Origin: Patescibacteria group bacterium
Lineage (GTDB): Bacteria; Patescibacteriota; WWE3; UBA101185; UBA10185
Assembly (NCBI GenBank): GCA_042571515.1
Contig: JBHPHX010000002.1
Coordinates: 31,164-95,163, forward strand
Reading direction: 5' to 3'
DNA length: 64,000 nucleotides
Below, one piece after another: positions 1 through 10,121 of the stretch; the first letter of the stretch is position 1, and each line of letters opens with the position of its first letter. The notes beneath the pieces were generated by a model that was not told where the DNA came from, made no database searches, and saw only the letters and a program-made list of their open reading frames with translations. The translations under genes were made by a program, and so were the position numbers.

Positions 1-404
1 TGGAAAGTTTCAGTGCTAAATTGTTTAAAAATAACTGGTTTGCGCTATACCCTCCCGTACACATCTTTCACTATAGTATCGATACGATAGCTAAGGTCCT
101 AGAAAAAAGTGGGTTTGAGGTAAAAAAAGTGGACAAATTCTCTTGGGAATATACACCCTTTGTAATATTACAGTCTTTACTAAACTCAACAGGTCTTTTT
201 GAAACAAATTTCTTATACAAATATCTTCGAGGGTCTAGGTGCAATAAAACACAGTTTTTAGCTACCCTACTGTTGTGTTTGGCTCTCCTACCCCTTTTGT
301 TAATACTTACTGCTATTGAACTACTAGATGAAAAAGGCTCTAGTGTAGTAAATATATATGCTTACAAGGCTTCTTCTCTTGGAAAGGAAATAGGAAGGGA
401 GTAG
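1..404 (+). CDS. SAM-dependent methyltransferase-like protein, C-terminal fragment (5' end outside window)
   Basis: Frame 3 is open from the window edge (ESFSAKLFKNNWFALYPPVHIFHYS...). This stretch, followed by a hydrophobic tail, resembles the C-terminal part of class I methyltransferases found in polysaccharide loci (from memory only). It converges on the next gene with a 43-nt overlap. Confidence 0.4.
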   Translation, partial: ESFSAKLFKNNWFALYPPVHIFHYSIDTIAKVLEKSGFEVKKVDKFSWEYTPFVILQSLLNSTGLFETNFLYKYLRGSRCNKTQFLATLLLCLALLPLLLILTAIELLDEKGSSVVNIYAYKASSLGKEIGRE

Positions 405-790
405 GTATTTATTAAGATAGGATCATCAAATGCCCTATCTCGATACATATTAAGGTACAACCCAAAACTTCCCCCCTTCCCTGGTATAGTGGTGGGGTTC
501 CACATGTAAGACCCCTCAAATGAACCATAGGGCACTAAATCTTTCAAGAACTCCTCTAGCACAAAACCCGGCATATTTATTTGCCTTGTTAGCACCAATC
601 TATAAAAATAGTTTTCTTCTGAAAAAAACTTATCGGACTTATTGTTGACAACGTAGCTGATATTACTTCCATCTACAAGCAAAGAGATATCAACGTTGTC
701 CTGTAAGGTATCGTGGGGTTCAAACATTGCAAAATACACAAAGAAAGCAACTAATAATGTGAATAATATAATCCATTCTTTCTTGCTCAT
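362..790 (-). CDS. hypothetical N-terminally anchored protein
   Basis: 142-aa ORF. Its ATG overlaps the TGA of the upstream 988-aa gene (ATGA at 787..790). It has one N-terminal hydrophobic helix (WIILFTLLVAFFVYFAMF) followed by a soluble domain. No family recognised. Confidence 0.5.
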   Translation of the reverse strand: MSKKEWIILFTLLVAFFVYFAMFEPHDTLQDNVDISLLVDGSNISYVVNNKSDKFFSEENYFYRLVLTRQINMPGFVLEEFLKDLVPYGSFEGSYMWNPTTIPGKGGSFGLYLNMYRDRAFDDPILINTYSLPISFPREEAL

Positions 791-3753
791 TTTGTATCCC
801 TTTCTGTCCCAATAAATATTAGTTTGGAGTATTTGTTGTTATTACCAAATACCTCGGTTGTCCAGTCTCGTATCTTTTTTGGCCTTCCAGAAAAGATATA
901 GTCGCCACTTGCAAGTCTATTGTCTTCATATTTGGGTACCCCTTTGCTAATGTAGTGAATTTTGTATAGCAGTTCGGTATTACCTAACAAAGGCTTCCAG
1001 TGCCTTCCTTGATCCTGAGAAAGCTTATATCTATATTCTTCTGATTCTTTCTCCTCTTTTGTTTTCCCAGCAGTATAAATCCTAAATATGTTGTAGCGAT
1101 CATAATCTCGTCCATCATTCTTATCTATTGAAAATACTATCCAATATTTGGCTTCTATATCCCATTCAACCGCAGATAAATCCAGAAACAATGAATCTTC
1201 CTTGTAAGTTAAGTCTTCTTTATCAATGCTTGTATCGTATACAACTTTCCCAAACGGCGCGTCATTAACATGTTTAAGTATTTCAATTTTCAATTTTCCT
1301 CTTGGTGGTTTGAAAATAGTCGCCAAACGCTCTTTAAACGAAGAAATAGGGTATTTGATCTTTTTGATAGGAATTTCTATAGCCCCAACCTTTTCACTAG
1401 TAAAATCCATTTGTTGGGCAAATACAACATCAGAGGTTATTTCTACTGTTCTGTCCCTCCCAACACCCGTAGAAAAATAATTTTCACTCTCTGTGGACTT
1501 TAAAATGGCTAAATATTCTTTATTTTCTGAGAATGCCGAAAAATCTAGGCCCTCGCTCATATCAAAAGTATTTATTAACGTGTTTTTTGCATACACAAAC
1601 ATTGAAAAGATCTCTAATATCTCACTCCAATCATCATCGCCCACTATTTGGGTATAAACACCACCTCTCCACGCATCAAACACGACTAAATCTGGCAAGT
1701 ACCCTCCATAATGCACGCTACTAAAATACCACTCCCTCTGAGCTAGATGTTCCATATAGATGTCCTGCGCACCAATCGAATAGATGTGGGGAATGTTTCT
1801 TAACACAATGTCATGTTGGCGGTCTCTTTTAGTTACCTCGTAGCGGGAGATTTCGAAATATTTGCTAAAAGGAAGGTTTGCCCCGTAACCATAACTCCAG
1901 TTGATAAAAATTGAGTAGAGTAACATGCCAATCAGCCCAAATTTGACTATACGCCTTCCTCTAAAGGCTTTAAGTGCCGATACAAGGGCAAAAAACAAGA
2001 AGGGAGTTATAGATGAATGATAGTAGGCCACAGTTGAAGCCAAACGTGTACTGCTTGCCACCAAACTAAGCCCTATCAGCGGGGCTGCAATCAACATAAT
2101 TTTTGGAGCAAACAAGGGTAGGAAGAATAAAGAACTAAATAGATTTTTTAGATACCTTAACTTAGTTTCACCTAAAACATTATCAATCACCAGCTTGGGG
2201 TTTCTTACCATAGTAGTAAGTATCTCTCTGACGCCACCACCATAGTCTCCAAAGAAACCAAAAATGTAAGGGGTAGATCCAGGGTCTATAAACTTAGGGT
2301 TTATAAATTTTAGTACATATATAACCCAAAATATGCTTACGGAAGACAGGAACAGGCCTTCCGGTTTCTTTTTCCCAAAGAAAAAGGCGTAAAAACCAAG
2401 CATAAAAACAGGTAAAACCATGTTCACCCTTAACCCAAGGGTAAGTAGCGAAAATAAGATAAACAATTTGGAATTATTTTTATGTAGAAAATAAAATGCA
2501 AAGGCAAGAAGCGGTGTAGCAAAGGCTTCTTCGCAAAATCCCTGTTGGTGACTCCAAACGAATGGATGATAAATCATATATATAAAACTGACTAAATAAG
2601 CAAGGCTTTTTCTTTTCAGTATGTCTAGAGCATATAAGTATATAGGGATGATAGAAGCTGCAATAAAAATATTGAAAATAAAATATAAAGTAAGCGGATG
2701 TTGAACAAATCTGTATATATAACTTATTAATATTAAAAAGGGTGCAAAGTGGAGCTTAAAAAAGTGTATCTGAGTTCCCCTACTCTGGTTGTACATGAGC
2801 AATTTCCCCTTTACTGTGTTGTGTAGCATCTGAACGTAGGCGTGGTAGTCCATGCTAGGTGTATGTGCTTGCCAACGCAGATAGGTTAGACCAAAAAATA
2901 AAAGAAGGTAGGCCACAGCTAAATAATAAATTGCAGGAATTTTCAGTATTTTAAACCCGGGAATCTTATCCAAAAGGTTTCTTATACCTCCTTGAATATA
3001 GGAAAAACCTGCTTTTATCCTAGGTAAATGAAATCTACCGAAATAAGATAAGCGATACTTGACAATCAACAGAATCATGATTATTCCCAGCTTTAATGCC
3101 TTCCAATAATCTCCAGTAACCGAAGAAACCCCTACCCTCTCCAAATAATTCACTGGAATCTGAATACATCTAAACTTATGTAAAAAGGTCAGGATCATCA
3201 TCTCAGGGCCAAAGTGTTCTCTACCTACGGTAAATTCAGAATCGATTTTATCTATTACTTCCTTTTTGACTAATCGGGTGGTACAACCAACATCGGTCAG
3301 GTTGGTGGTATTAAACAAAACCTCCATAAGCTTTGCTACAAACAAATTCCCCCACCTTAAAAACCAACCCATATTAGCCCCACCCCATATTAACTGACGG
3401 GAGGTACGACTTCCGTATACGACATCAAACTCTTCGCTGTAAGATAATAGCTTTATAACATCTCCCCCAGAAAAGGTACCATCTGGCTCAGCAACAATTA
3501 TCAAGTCCCCTTTAGCTTCTTTGAAACCCCGTCTAATAGCAAAACCATAGCCCTGCCTTTTTTCAATCACTTCTCTTGTGATTTTGGAATTAGCCTTGGA
3601 AACTTCCTCCGATGTACCTTTTGCTGCATTGTTATTGACAACAATAATCTCATCGATGTAACCACTCTTTTCAAAGTCGATGATAGCTTCTTTTATTGAA
3701 TCTTTTTCATTGTAAGTAGGAAATATTAAGGAGACTTTTTTTCCCTTCCACAT
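787..3753 (-). CDS. fusion protein: GT2 polyprenyl-phosphate sugar synthase-like domain + DUF2079-like polytopic membrane domain + C-terminal soluble domain
   Basis: The N-terminus (VSLIFPTYNEKDSI...IIVAEPDGTF...VVYGSR) is GT2/DPM1-like. The middle has more than 10 hydrophobic segments. The motif AQDIYMEHLAQREWYF...LPDLVVFD parallels THLAQRETYAIFP...ADYVIVD in the stand-alone DUF2079 protein at 19397..21508. The last ~300 aa are hydrophilic. Confidence 0.8.
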   Translation of the reverse strand: MWKGKKVSLIFPTYNEKDSIKEAIIDFEKSGYIDEIIVVNNNAAKGTSEEVSKANSKITREVIEKRQGYGFAIRRGFKEAKGDLIIVAEPDGTFSGGDVIKLLSYSEEFDVVYGSRTSRQLIWGGANMGWFLRWGNLFVAKLMEVLFNTTNLTDVGCTTRLVKKEVIDKIDSEFTVGREHFGPEMMILTFLHKFRCIQIPVNYLERVGVSSVTGDYWKALKLGIIMILLIVKYRLSYFGRFHLPRIKAGFSYIQGGIRNLLDKIPGFKILKIPAIYYLAVAYLLLFFGLTYLRWQAHTPSMDYHAYVQMLHNTVKGKLLMYNQSRGTQIHFFKLHFAPFLILISYIYRFVQHPLTLYFIFNIFIAASIIPIYLYALDILKRKSLAYLVSFIYMIYHPFVWSHQQGFCEEAFATPLLAFAFYFLHKNNSKLFILFSLLTLGLRVNMVLPVFMLGFYAFFFGKKKPEGLFLSSVSIFWVIYVLKFINPKFIDPGSTPYIFGFFGDYGGGVREILTTMVRNPKLVIDNVLGETKLRYLKNLFSSLFFLPLFAPKIMLIAAPLIGLSLVASSTRLASTVAYYHSSITPFLFFALVSALKAFRGRRIVKFGLIGMLLYSIFINWSYGYGANLPFSKYFEISRYEVTKRDRQHDIVLRNIPHIYSIGAQDIYMEHLAQREWYFSSVHYGGYLPDLVVFDAWRGGVYTQIVGDDDWSEILEIFSMFVYAKNTLINTFDMSEGLDFSAFSENKEYLAILKSTESENYFSTGVGRDRTVEITSDVVFAQQMDFTSEKVGAIEIPIKKIKYPISSFKERLATIFKPPRGKLKIEILKHVNDAPFGKVVYDTSIDKEDLTYKEDSLFLDLSAVEWDIEAKYWIVFSIDKNDGRDYDRYNIFRIYTAGKTKEEKESEEYRYKLSQDQGRHWKPLLGNTELLYKIHYISKGVPKYEDNRLASGDYIFSGRPKKIRDWTTEVFGNNNKYSKLIFIGTERDTK

Positions 3754-3821
3754 GTTTCAAGTAACCATTCTGGGCAGTAGTATTTTATATTGTACAATCA
3801 TATTATAATCCATTATATTGC

Positions 3822-4994
3822 CTAAACTTCTATATCCATTTGTTGAAACATTTTAGTAAAAATATTGTCCCAAGTCATGTCCTTGCAAAAGTTATAGACG
3901 TTTTTCTCAATTTTTTTCCTCTCCGCTTTGTCTTTCAAAAGACCGGAAACTTCTTTAACAAAAGAGTTTACATTGTATTTAACTACTCTACCAAGGTTAT
4001 ACTTTTTCACATCCTCTGAGAGCGGAATGACTGAGGTTGTTATGATAGGTAAGCCACAAGACATATAATCCTTGGGTTTTGTAACGTCCGAAAACTTTTT
4101 ATAGGTTGAGTCACTATCCTCATAAGTTGCAATCCCTAATGTGCTTTCCTTGAGAAGCTTTAACCATTTATTTCTATTTTTTGCAGTGTCGATGTACCCT
4201 AAAAAATTAACGTTTTTTTCTATACCTAATTTTTCTGTCATATTTTCCAATTTCCCTTTTAACACTCCGTCTCCGATTATTCTAAGTTCTAAATCTGGAA
4301 AGTCCTTAACCAATTTTGGCATCGCTTCAAGCATCATTTCCAAACCAAACTCTGGCGTTAATCCTCCACTATAAACAAGGATGTTATTTTTCTTTCTAAT
4401 CTTTAGGTCAAGGGCTTCTGTCATTACTCCAATTGGCACCACAATCTGTTTTTGTTTTTTCGCTTTTGCACCAAGTTCTTTTATACGTTGGCGAGACATC
4501 CTATCTGAAACATTTAACGTGTAGTCTGTATTGAAAAAGGCGAACCTATCCAACCAAACATAAAATTTGTTTACAAGGCTCCATTTTGTTCTATTATGCA
4601 TAACATAGTCAATTGTGAAAAAAGCAGTTTTTTCAACCTTTCCAAGCTTTTGCATCAAAACACCAAAGAGAGCATTAAAAGAATCCACCCCAATAAATAA
4701 GTCTATTTTCTCTCTATTAAATAAAAAGAATTTCAAGTTATAATAAGCGTCTCTTATGTAAAGCAAATACTCATTTCTTGGAAGAATGGGTGATTCAACT
4801 TTCTTTTTGAGTTTCCCTTTTTCAAAATAATTCAAATATGAAATACTTGGTTGTTTGGAGTAGAAAAACAGGTGGGCAACATACCAAAGTTTAGAAATCT
4901 TTTTCTTATTCAAAAAATCTCTTAACTCTTGCCCCGACCCTTTGAAGTCTTCGTGTGTAACTACAGCAATATTTAGTTTTTTAAGATTATCCAT
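3822..4994 (-). CDS. GT-B fold glycosyltransferase (GT4-like)
   Basis: 390-aa ORF. The C-terminal half has a GT4-like layout (ILVYSGGL...LELRIIGDG...NVNFLGY...GLPIITTS). It is more divergent than the other GT4s in the locus. Confidence 0.6.
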   Translation of the reverse strand: MDNLKKLNIAVVTHEDFKGSGQELRDFLNKKKISKLWYVAHLFFYSKQPSISYLNYFEKGKLKKKVESPILPRNEYLLYIRDAYYNLKFFLFNREKIDLFIGVDSFNALFGVLMQKLGKVEKTAFFTIDYVMHNRTKWSLVNKFYVWLDRFAFFNTDYTLNVSDRMSRQRIKELGAKAKKQKQIVVPIGVMTEALDLKIRKKNNILVYSGGLTPEFGLEMMLEAMPKLVKDFPDLELRIIGDGVLKGKLENMTEKLGIEKNVNFLGYIDTAKNRNKWLKLLKESTLGIATYEDSDSTYKKFSDVTKPKDYMSCGLPIITTSVIPLSEDVKKYNLGRVVKYNVNSFVKEVSGLLKDKAERKKIEKNVYNFCKDMTWDNIFTKMFQQMDIEV

Positions 4995-5008
4995 AAACGC
5001 CTAAAAAA

Positions 5009-7240
5009 TTAGAATTCCATTTTTTCAAAAGTCTTTTCAAAAATACTTGTCCAGCTAAATTTCTTAATGTAATCTTTAGCGTTATCACTACATTCCTTAT
5101 ACAGGCCCTTCTCATTCCAGAGCTCATTTAGTGTTTTAGTTAGATCCTCTTCATTATACGAAATAACCTTTCCAAGTTTTTCTTTTTCAACATCTTCTGC
5201 TATCCACAATATATCCGTGACAACAACGGGCAGCCCCGCGCCAAAAAACTCCTTTGGTGATATTGGATCTGAAAAATATGCGGAGTCATTCTTGTTGCCT
5301 TCATATAAACAAAGCCCAATTCCAAATGAGCCCAATTCCTCCCGATATTTGTTCGGGGACATACTACCAACAAAGTTTATATGTTTAGAAACCTTATACC
5401 TTTTTGCCATAGCCTTCAGATTATCTTCGAAAGGACCTGTACCCACAACGACAACTTTAGCTTCCTTATTAATTTTCCTTATCTTCCTCAAAGATTTAAT
5501 TACCAGTTGTACACCTTTTTCCGACGTTAAATGCTCAACAATAACCAAAGTGTTTCTATCTTTGTTTACAACCTTACCCTCTATCTTATTTATATCCGTT
5601 CCGTTATGTACAACCAAGTTTTTCTTCTCTGCAACCCCTTGTCCTCTTCTAACAGTTGCAATCCGCTTACTAGAATTCCATACATAGTCTGCATTTTTCA
5701 AAGCAAGTTTGTCTATGCAGTGATAGAAACTATTCAAAATTGGGTTTTTAAATCTTTTTGGATTGAAATCCACACTGTAATAAACTAATTTAAATTTAAA
5801 CCCAAAAAACTTAAGAAACGCCCCAGCAAATGCATTCAATGCATCTATACCAATAAATATCTTGGTTTTCCTACCAACTTTTAAAAACCAATAGATGGTA
5901 AGTGCGAAATTACTAACATATGAGATAAGTTCCATGTCCAGGGGGCCTTTTACACTCCTTTTTTCCTGTGCAGAGAGCAAACTACCTCTGAAGGTATCTA
6001 ATTTAGAGCTAGATATTTTTGAATAAGTAAACGGGTGTTCTACGAAAATAAATTTTGAAAACTTCTTAATCAGATACGATTTAAGTGCCTGAACTGGGCC
6101 AAAGGCTTCAGTAATATGTGAGGATGCGAAAACAGATATCTTTTCCCCAGTACCCACTTTAGACATTATCAATTTGCCAACATCAGGTTTGGAAAAATGA
6201 CCAAGTTCACAAATTTCAGAAATTATTGCGTCGATATCATGTGTGTACTTCCAATTTGGATAGTGTTTTTGAAATTTTGAAACATCTGATATGTACCAAA
6301 TATGATCTCCCGATCTGTTTTCAGCCGTATATCCAATATCTCCCTTTCTCCCCAGGTAATTCTCAATTTTCTCCACAGCCTCCATCATTGAAATATTAGA
6401 ATATCTAGAGCCGCCGGTGTTGTAAACTTCACCAATTCTAGGTTTTTTGTAAAATTCATAAAACATTTGAATAAGGTCATAGGAATGAATGTTATCTCTT
6501 ACTTGTTTTCCTTGGTAACCAAAAATCGTATATTTTCTATTTTCTGCAATACATTTGACCAAATAAGCCAAAAACCCATGTAGTTGTGTTCCAGAGTGTG
6601 CTGGACCTGTTAGACATCCCCCTCTAAAAACCGCTGTATGCAAATCAAAGTATTTCCCATACTCTTGAACCATAACATCCGCCGCTACCTTTGATGCACC
6701 AAAAATACTGTGCTTTGAGTCATCTATACTCATACTCTCATCAATACCTTTTTCGTATTTGTGATTTGGCTTTATCTCATATCTAGTCTCAAGCTCTATT
6801 AAAGGCAAAAGGTTTGGTGTATCCCCGTACACTTTATTAGTTGAAGTAAAAATAAAAACTGCCTCGGGGCAATACTTTTTGAAAGCCTCAAGCAAAATTA
6901 GTGTACCTGTTGCATTTACCGAAAAATCAGTTAGTGGCTCTTTCATGGCCCAATCGTGTGAAGGTTGTGCAGCAGCGTGAATTATAAAATCAAACTTGTA
7001 ATTTGAAAAAACCTCATTAATTGCCTTTTTATCTCGTATATCTAAATTGAAGTGTTTATAGTTTTTATACCTTTTTTCCAATAGCTCTCTGTTCCAGTCT
7101 GTACTAGCCTCCTCCCCAAAAAAATATTGTCTCATATTGTTGTCTACACCAAAAACATCAAACCCAAGGGAACAAAAAAACCTGACAGATTCAGAGCCAA
7201 TTAATCCGGCAGAGCCGGTTACTAAAACCTTTTTTGACAT
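5009..7240 (-). CDS. fusion protein: NAD-dependent sugar-nucleotide epimerase (CDP-paratose 2-epimerase-like extended SDR) + GT4 glycosyltransferase
   Basis: N-terminus: [13 protein letters not shown] (GxxGxxG), STNKVYG, and FGASK in place of the SDR YxxxK motif. C-terminal half: GT4-like (VVVGTGP...INFVGS...[10 protein letters not shown]). Start placed at the ATG 7240 (MSKKVLVTG); the ORF track begins at a TTG at 7255. Confidence 0.8.
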   Translation of the reverse strand: MSKKVLVTGSAGLIGSESVRFFCSLGFDVFGVDNNMRQYFFGEEASTDWNRELLEKRYKNYKHFNLDIRDKKAINEVFSNYKFDFIIHAAAQPSHDWAMKEPLTDFSVNATGTLILLEAFKKYCPEAVFIFTSTNKVYGDTPNLLPLIELETRYEIKPNHKYEKGIDESMSIDDSKHSIFGASKVAADVMVQEYGKYFDLHTAVFRGGCLTGPAHSGTQLHGFLAYLVKCIAENRKYTIFGYQGKQVRDNIHSYDLIQMFYEFYKKPRIGEVYNTGGSRYSNISMMEAVEKIENYLGRKGDIGYTAENRSGDHIWYISDVSKFQKHYPNWKYTHDIDAIISEICELGHFSKPDVGKLIMSKVGTGEKISVFASSHITEAFGPVQALKSYLIKKFSKFIFVEHPFTYSKISSSKLDTFRGSLLSAQEKRSVKGPLDMELISYVSNFALTIYWFLKVGRKTKIFIGIDALNAFAGAFLKFFGFKFKLVYYSVDFNPKRFKNPILNSFYHCIDKLALKNADYVWNSSKRIATVRRGQGVAEKKNLVVHNGTDINKIEGKVVNKDRNTLVIVEHLTSEKGVQLVIKSLRKIRKINKEAKVVVVGTGPFEDNLKAMAKRYKVSKHINFVGSMSPNKYREELGSFGIGLCLYEGNKNDSAYFSDPISPKEFFGAGLPVVVTDILWIAEDVEKEKLGKVISYNEEDLTKTLNELWNEKGLYKECSDNAKDYIKKFSWTSIFEKTFEKMEF

Positions 7241-7376
7241 ATATATATATAACAACCCTATTTTACATAATACACATTAACACAAATCCTGTATATATTA
7301 TTGCTTCTAACCTTTTTTGTTCGTTTCTTCTTTCTTAAATAAATCAATTACAATAAAATTTGTGGATAATTCTTTG

Positions 7377-8909
7377 TCACTTAAAAAAACTTTTTACAAC
7401 ACTAACCCAATACTTTGGATGCCACCAGTTGATCCTGGTTTGCTCCTTATCAAAGTCTAGTAAGTGGGCGAGGAGTCTTTTTGCAGCCATAAAGAAAAAC
7501 GCAATGTCTTCTTTAGTTCTAATAGATAAAATTTTACGAATAATAAACTGGGGACTAAAAAAGGATGAGTATAATTCTTGTGTTAGACCATAAAGCTTCT
7601 CCTCCTCAAATGGTATTTTCATAACTGGTCTTCTCATGTCAAAAGCTGCATAATCTAGAGGGTCAACTGCCAGCCAATGATTTTTCACACATTCCTTATA
7701 GAGCGGTGTGCCGGGGTAGGGAATGACAATTGTTGCCTGCATGGTGTCTACATATCCTTTTTTGAACAAATCCTTAGCCAAATTAATTGTATTCTTTGCC
7801 ATCTCATAAGTTTCCCAGGGGTACCCTAACATTATGGTAAGGTGGGGCTCTAAACCAGCCCTCTTGGCCATTCGGGCACCCTCTTCTATTTGGTGTACCT
7901 GCAGCCCCTTGTCCAATTTGTCTAGAGTTTCTTGATTACCAGATTCCATCCCATAAAGCAGGAACCTAAAATTAGCTTTGGCCATTAGATCATAATATTC
8001 TTGATTTAGGGCATTTAACCTCATATTGCAGCTATAAACCACTTTTTTGTTGTAGCCAGATTCTATAAGGAGTTCACAGAATTTTTTAAGGGGAGGCCCT
8101 ACAAACAAAGTTCCCGCATCATCAAAAATTTCCTTTACACCATATTTATCAACCACATGTTTTACTTCTGCTAATAGTCGTTCTGGGGAAAAACGTCTAT
8201 AAGATCCTTGAGGGTTTAAAGTGTGGTCCCAAACACAAAACGTGCACCTATTCCACCAACAATCTCTTCCAGAATACATATAAGTTGCGGGGGTAAATTT
8301 GTAGTTGCCGTTCTCATAGGCATAAAGTTCCCACTTAGTTAAATCTCGATCCACAAATGGAAGCTCGTCCAATTTATGATTCAATTTTGCAGGTCCAGTA
8401 TTTAATACCTTATTTCCTTGGCTCTTATACCACACTCCTGCCGGTAATTCTTTTTTCTTTTCTAAAGCATCTAAAAACTCTACCAGTAAAAAGTCATAAT
8501 CCCCGCCGGCCAGAATATAATCAACCTTACAATTATCAAGACTTTCCTCCGGTTTATAAGTGACGTGATCCCCCACAAGAATAATTTTTAATTTAGGTAA
8601 TTCTTTTTTAAGTTTATTTATTATTATCCAATGCTCTTTTATTACAGGGGCTTTAGTTTCAATTAATAAGTAATCTGGTTTTTCTTTTTTAAGCGCTTTT
8701 TCCCATTCGGCATAACTTTTTTGTTCTGCAATACCATCCATCCAAACTACCTTATAACCTGCTTTTTTTGCCACCGTTGCCGCATATGCTGGAACCATAG
8801 GATAAATGTACGTTGGCGCGTTAAAATATTGAAATTGCCTATTTTGGGACAGTAGTGGTGTCCCTTTTTCTTGTTTTATTGGTGGGTATCCTATTATAAC
8901 TTTGGCCAC
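7377..8909 (-). CDS. B12-binding-domain radical SAM protein
   Basis: The N-terminal region is cobalamin-binding-like (KIILVGDHVTYKPEE). The cluster motif is GRDCWWNRCTFC at nt 8235..8261, spaced Cx4Cx2C. 510 aa. Confidence 0.8.
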   Translation of the reverse strand: MAKVIIGYPPIKQEKGTPLLSQNRQFQYFNAPTYIYPMVPAYAATVAKKAGYKVVWMDGIAEQKSYAEWEKALKKEKPDYLLIETKAPVIKEHWIIINKLKKELPKLKIILVGDHVTYKPEESLDNCKVDYILAGGDYDFLLVEFLDALEKKKELPAGVWYKSQGNKVLNTGPAKLNHKLDELPFVDRDLTKWELYAYENGNYKFTPATYMYSGRDCWWNRCTFCVWDHTLNPQGSYRRFSPERLLAEVKHVVDKYGVKEIFDDAGTLFVGPPLKKFCELLIESGYNKKVVYSCNMRLNALNQEYYDLMAKANFRFLLYGMESGNQETLDKLDKGLQVHQIEEGARMAKRAGLEPHLTIMLGYPWETYEMAKNTINLAKDLFKKGYVDTMQATIVIPYPGTPLYKECVKNHWLAVDPLDYAAFDMRRPVMKIPFEEEKLYGLTQELYSSFFSPQFIIRKILSIRTKEDIAFFFMAAKRLLAHLLDFDKEQTRINWWHPKYWVSVVKSFFK

Positions 8910-9124
8910 AGCTGGTTTCCTTCCATGTCTTCAACAATGACTGCCATTGTGGGACATGACTTTGCCCCGGCAATAATCTTTTCCGCCTCATCCCACTCCC
9001 CTTCCTTAACATATGCAATACCATCATCATCCAAGGCATAGGTGTTGGGGGCATGTACCACGCAGGTTGCGGCACTTATACATTTATCTCTAATTATTTT
9101 AATTTTTAATTTTTTCTTTTCCAT
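8894..9124 (-). CDS. single-cluster ferredoxin (Cx5C...CP, 3Fe-4S/4Fe-4S type)
   Basis: 76 aa with DKCISAATCVVHAP...SCPTMAV, the pattern of mono-cluster ferredoxins. Its 3' end overlaps the radical SAM start by 16 nt. Confidence 0.7.
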   Translation of the reverse strand: MEKKKLKIKIIRDKCISAATCVVHAPNTYALDDDGIAYVKEGEWDEAEKIIAGAKSCPTMAVIVEDMEGNQLWPKL

Positions 9125-9125
9125 A

Positions 9126-10121
9126 TTATCCTTCTATATAATTTCCGGTTACTTTATCAATTCTCCTTAATTTTAACTCCGGTTTCTTCATAAATCCAAT
9201 TATAAAATTAATTCCATATACCAAATGCGTTGAAATAATGCCTAAAAACGCTGAGCCTAAGGAAATTATTTTTCTTTCTTTGAAAAAGGCCCTAAACGCC
9301 TCTACAAAAACCAACACTAAATATGTTATTACAACACAGATATAAACTTTTACTGAAACTGCCCATCCAAACAGTAATCCAAAAACAAACACCGAAGGAA
9401 CAAAATACGAAAATCTTCTTGAGGTTTCAGGAAAAATTCTAGCAAATTGACCTCGGTGTTTCCCATAACGGGAAACTTGTTTTAGGTGTGGTAAAAATAA
9501 CTCTCTCCTATGATGAAAAACGACAGGCCTTGGATCATAATCAAACTTCCTATTCATCTCCTCCACCATGTCTAGACATAGTTTTGTATCCTCTCCGGGC
9601 CAAAACTCCTTGGTAAACCCCCCAACCTTATTAAAAACTTCTTTTTTAACAAACAGATTAACTGAAGGGTAGTCATCAATCTTTCTTGCCCCCTGTGGAA
9701 CGTGTCTAAAAACAGTATTTCCGCTAACTAACATTGATTCCAAAACCCTCCCGCCCATTTTTTCCAGAAAAGTGGCATTTTTTGGCGTAACCGCGGGTGC
9801 CCCCAAAGCATAGATACCCTTTCTATTAAAAATTTTCTCCGCTTCTCTCAACCATCTCTTCGAAGGATAAGCATCATCGTCTAAGAAAACCACTACATTC
9901 CCCGAACTTTCTTTAACCCCAATGTTTCTTTTTTCACCCGGACTTCTTTTACCAGAGGCAATTATTTTAAATCTTTTATCCCCACCAAAATTAAACTTTT
10001 CCTTTTTATCCAAAACTATTATTACTTCAAAATCTTTATAATCAAGCCTTCTCAGATGAGAAATATTTTCTACCAAAAAGTCATTTATCTTTCTAACTGG
10101 GATAATAATCGAAAATTTCAT
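9126..10121 (-). CDS. GT2 glycosyltransferase with C-terminal membrane segments
   Basis: FSIIIPVRK..., VVFLDDDAYP (DxD). The C-terminal ~100 aa are hydrophobic. Confidence 0.8.
   Translation of the reverse strand: MKFSIIIPVRKINDFLVENISHLRRLDYKDFEVIIVLDKKEKFNFGGDKRFKIIASGKRSPGEKRNIGVKESSGNVVVFLDDDAYPSKRWLREAEKIFNRKGIYALGAPAVTPKNATFLEKMGGRVLESMLVSGNTVFRHVPQGARKIDDYPSVNLFVKKEVFNKVGGFTKEFWPGEDTKLCLDMVEEMNRKFDYDPRPVVFHHRRELFLPHLKQVSRYGKHRGQFARIFPETSRRFSYFVPSVFVFGLLFGWAVSVKVYICVVITYLVLVFVEAFRAFFKERKIISLGSAFLGIISTHLVYGINFIIGFMKKPELKLRRIDKVTGNYIEG

Noticed and set aside
8839-9075. 78-aa minus-strand ORF overlapping the ferredoxin / radical SAM junction
   Set aside because: It is an alternative frame across two better-supported genes. 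The translation is Pro/Met/Trp-rich with no signals.
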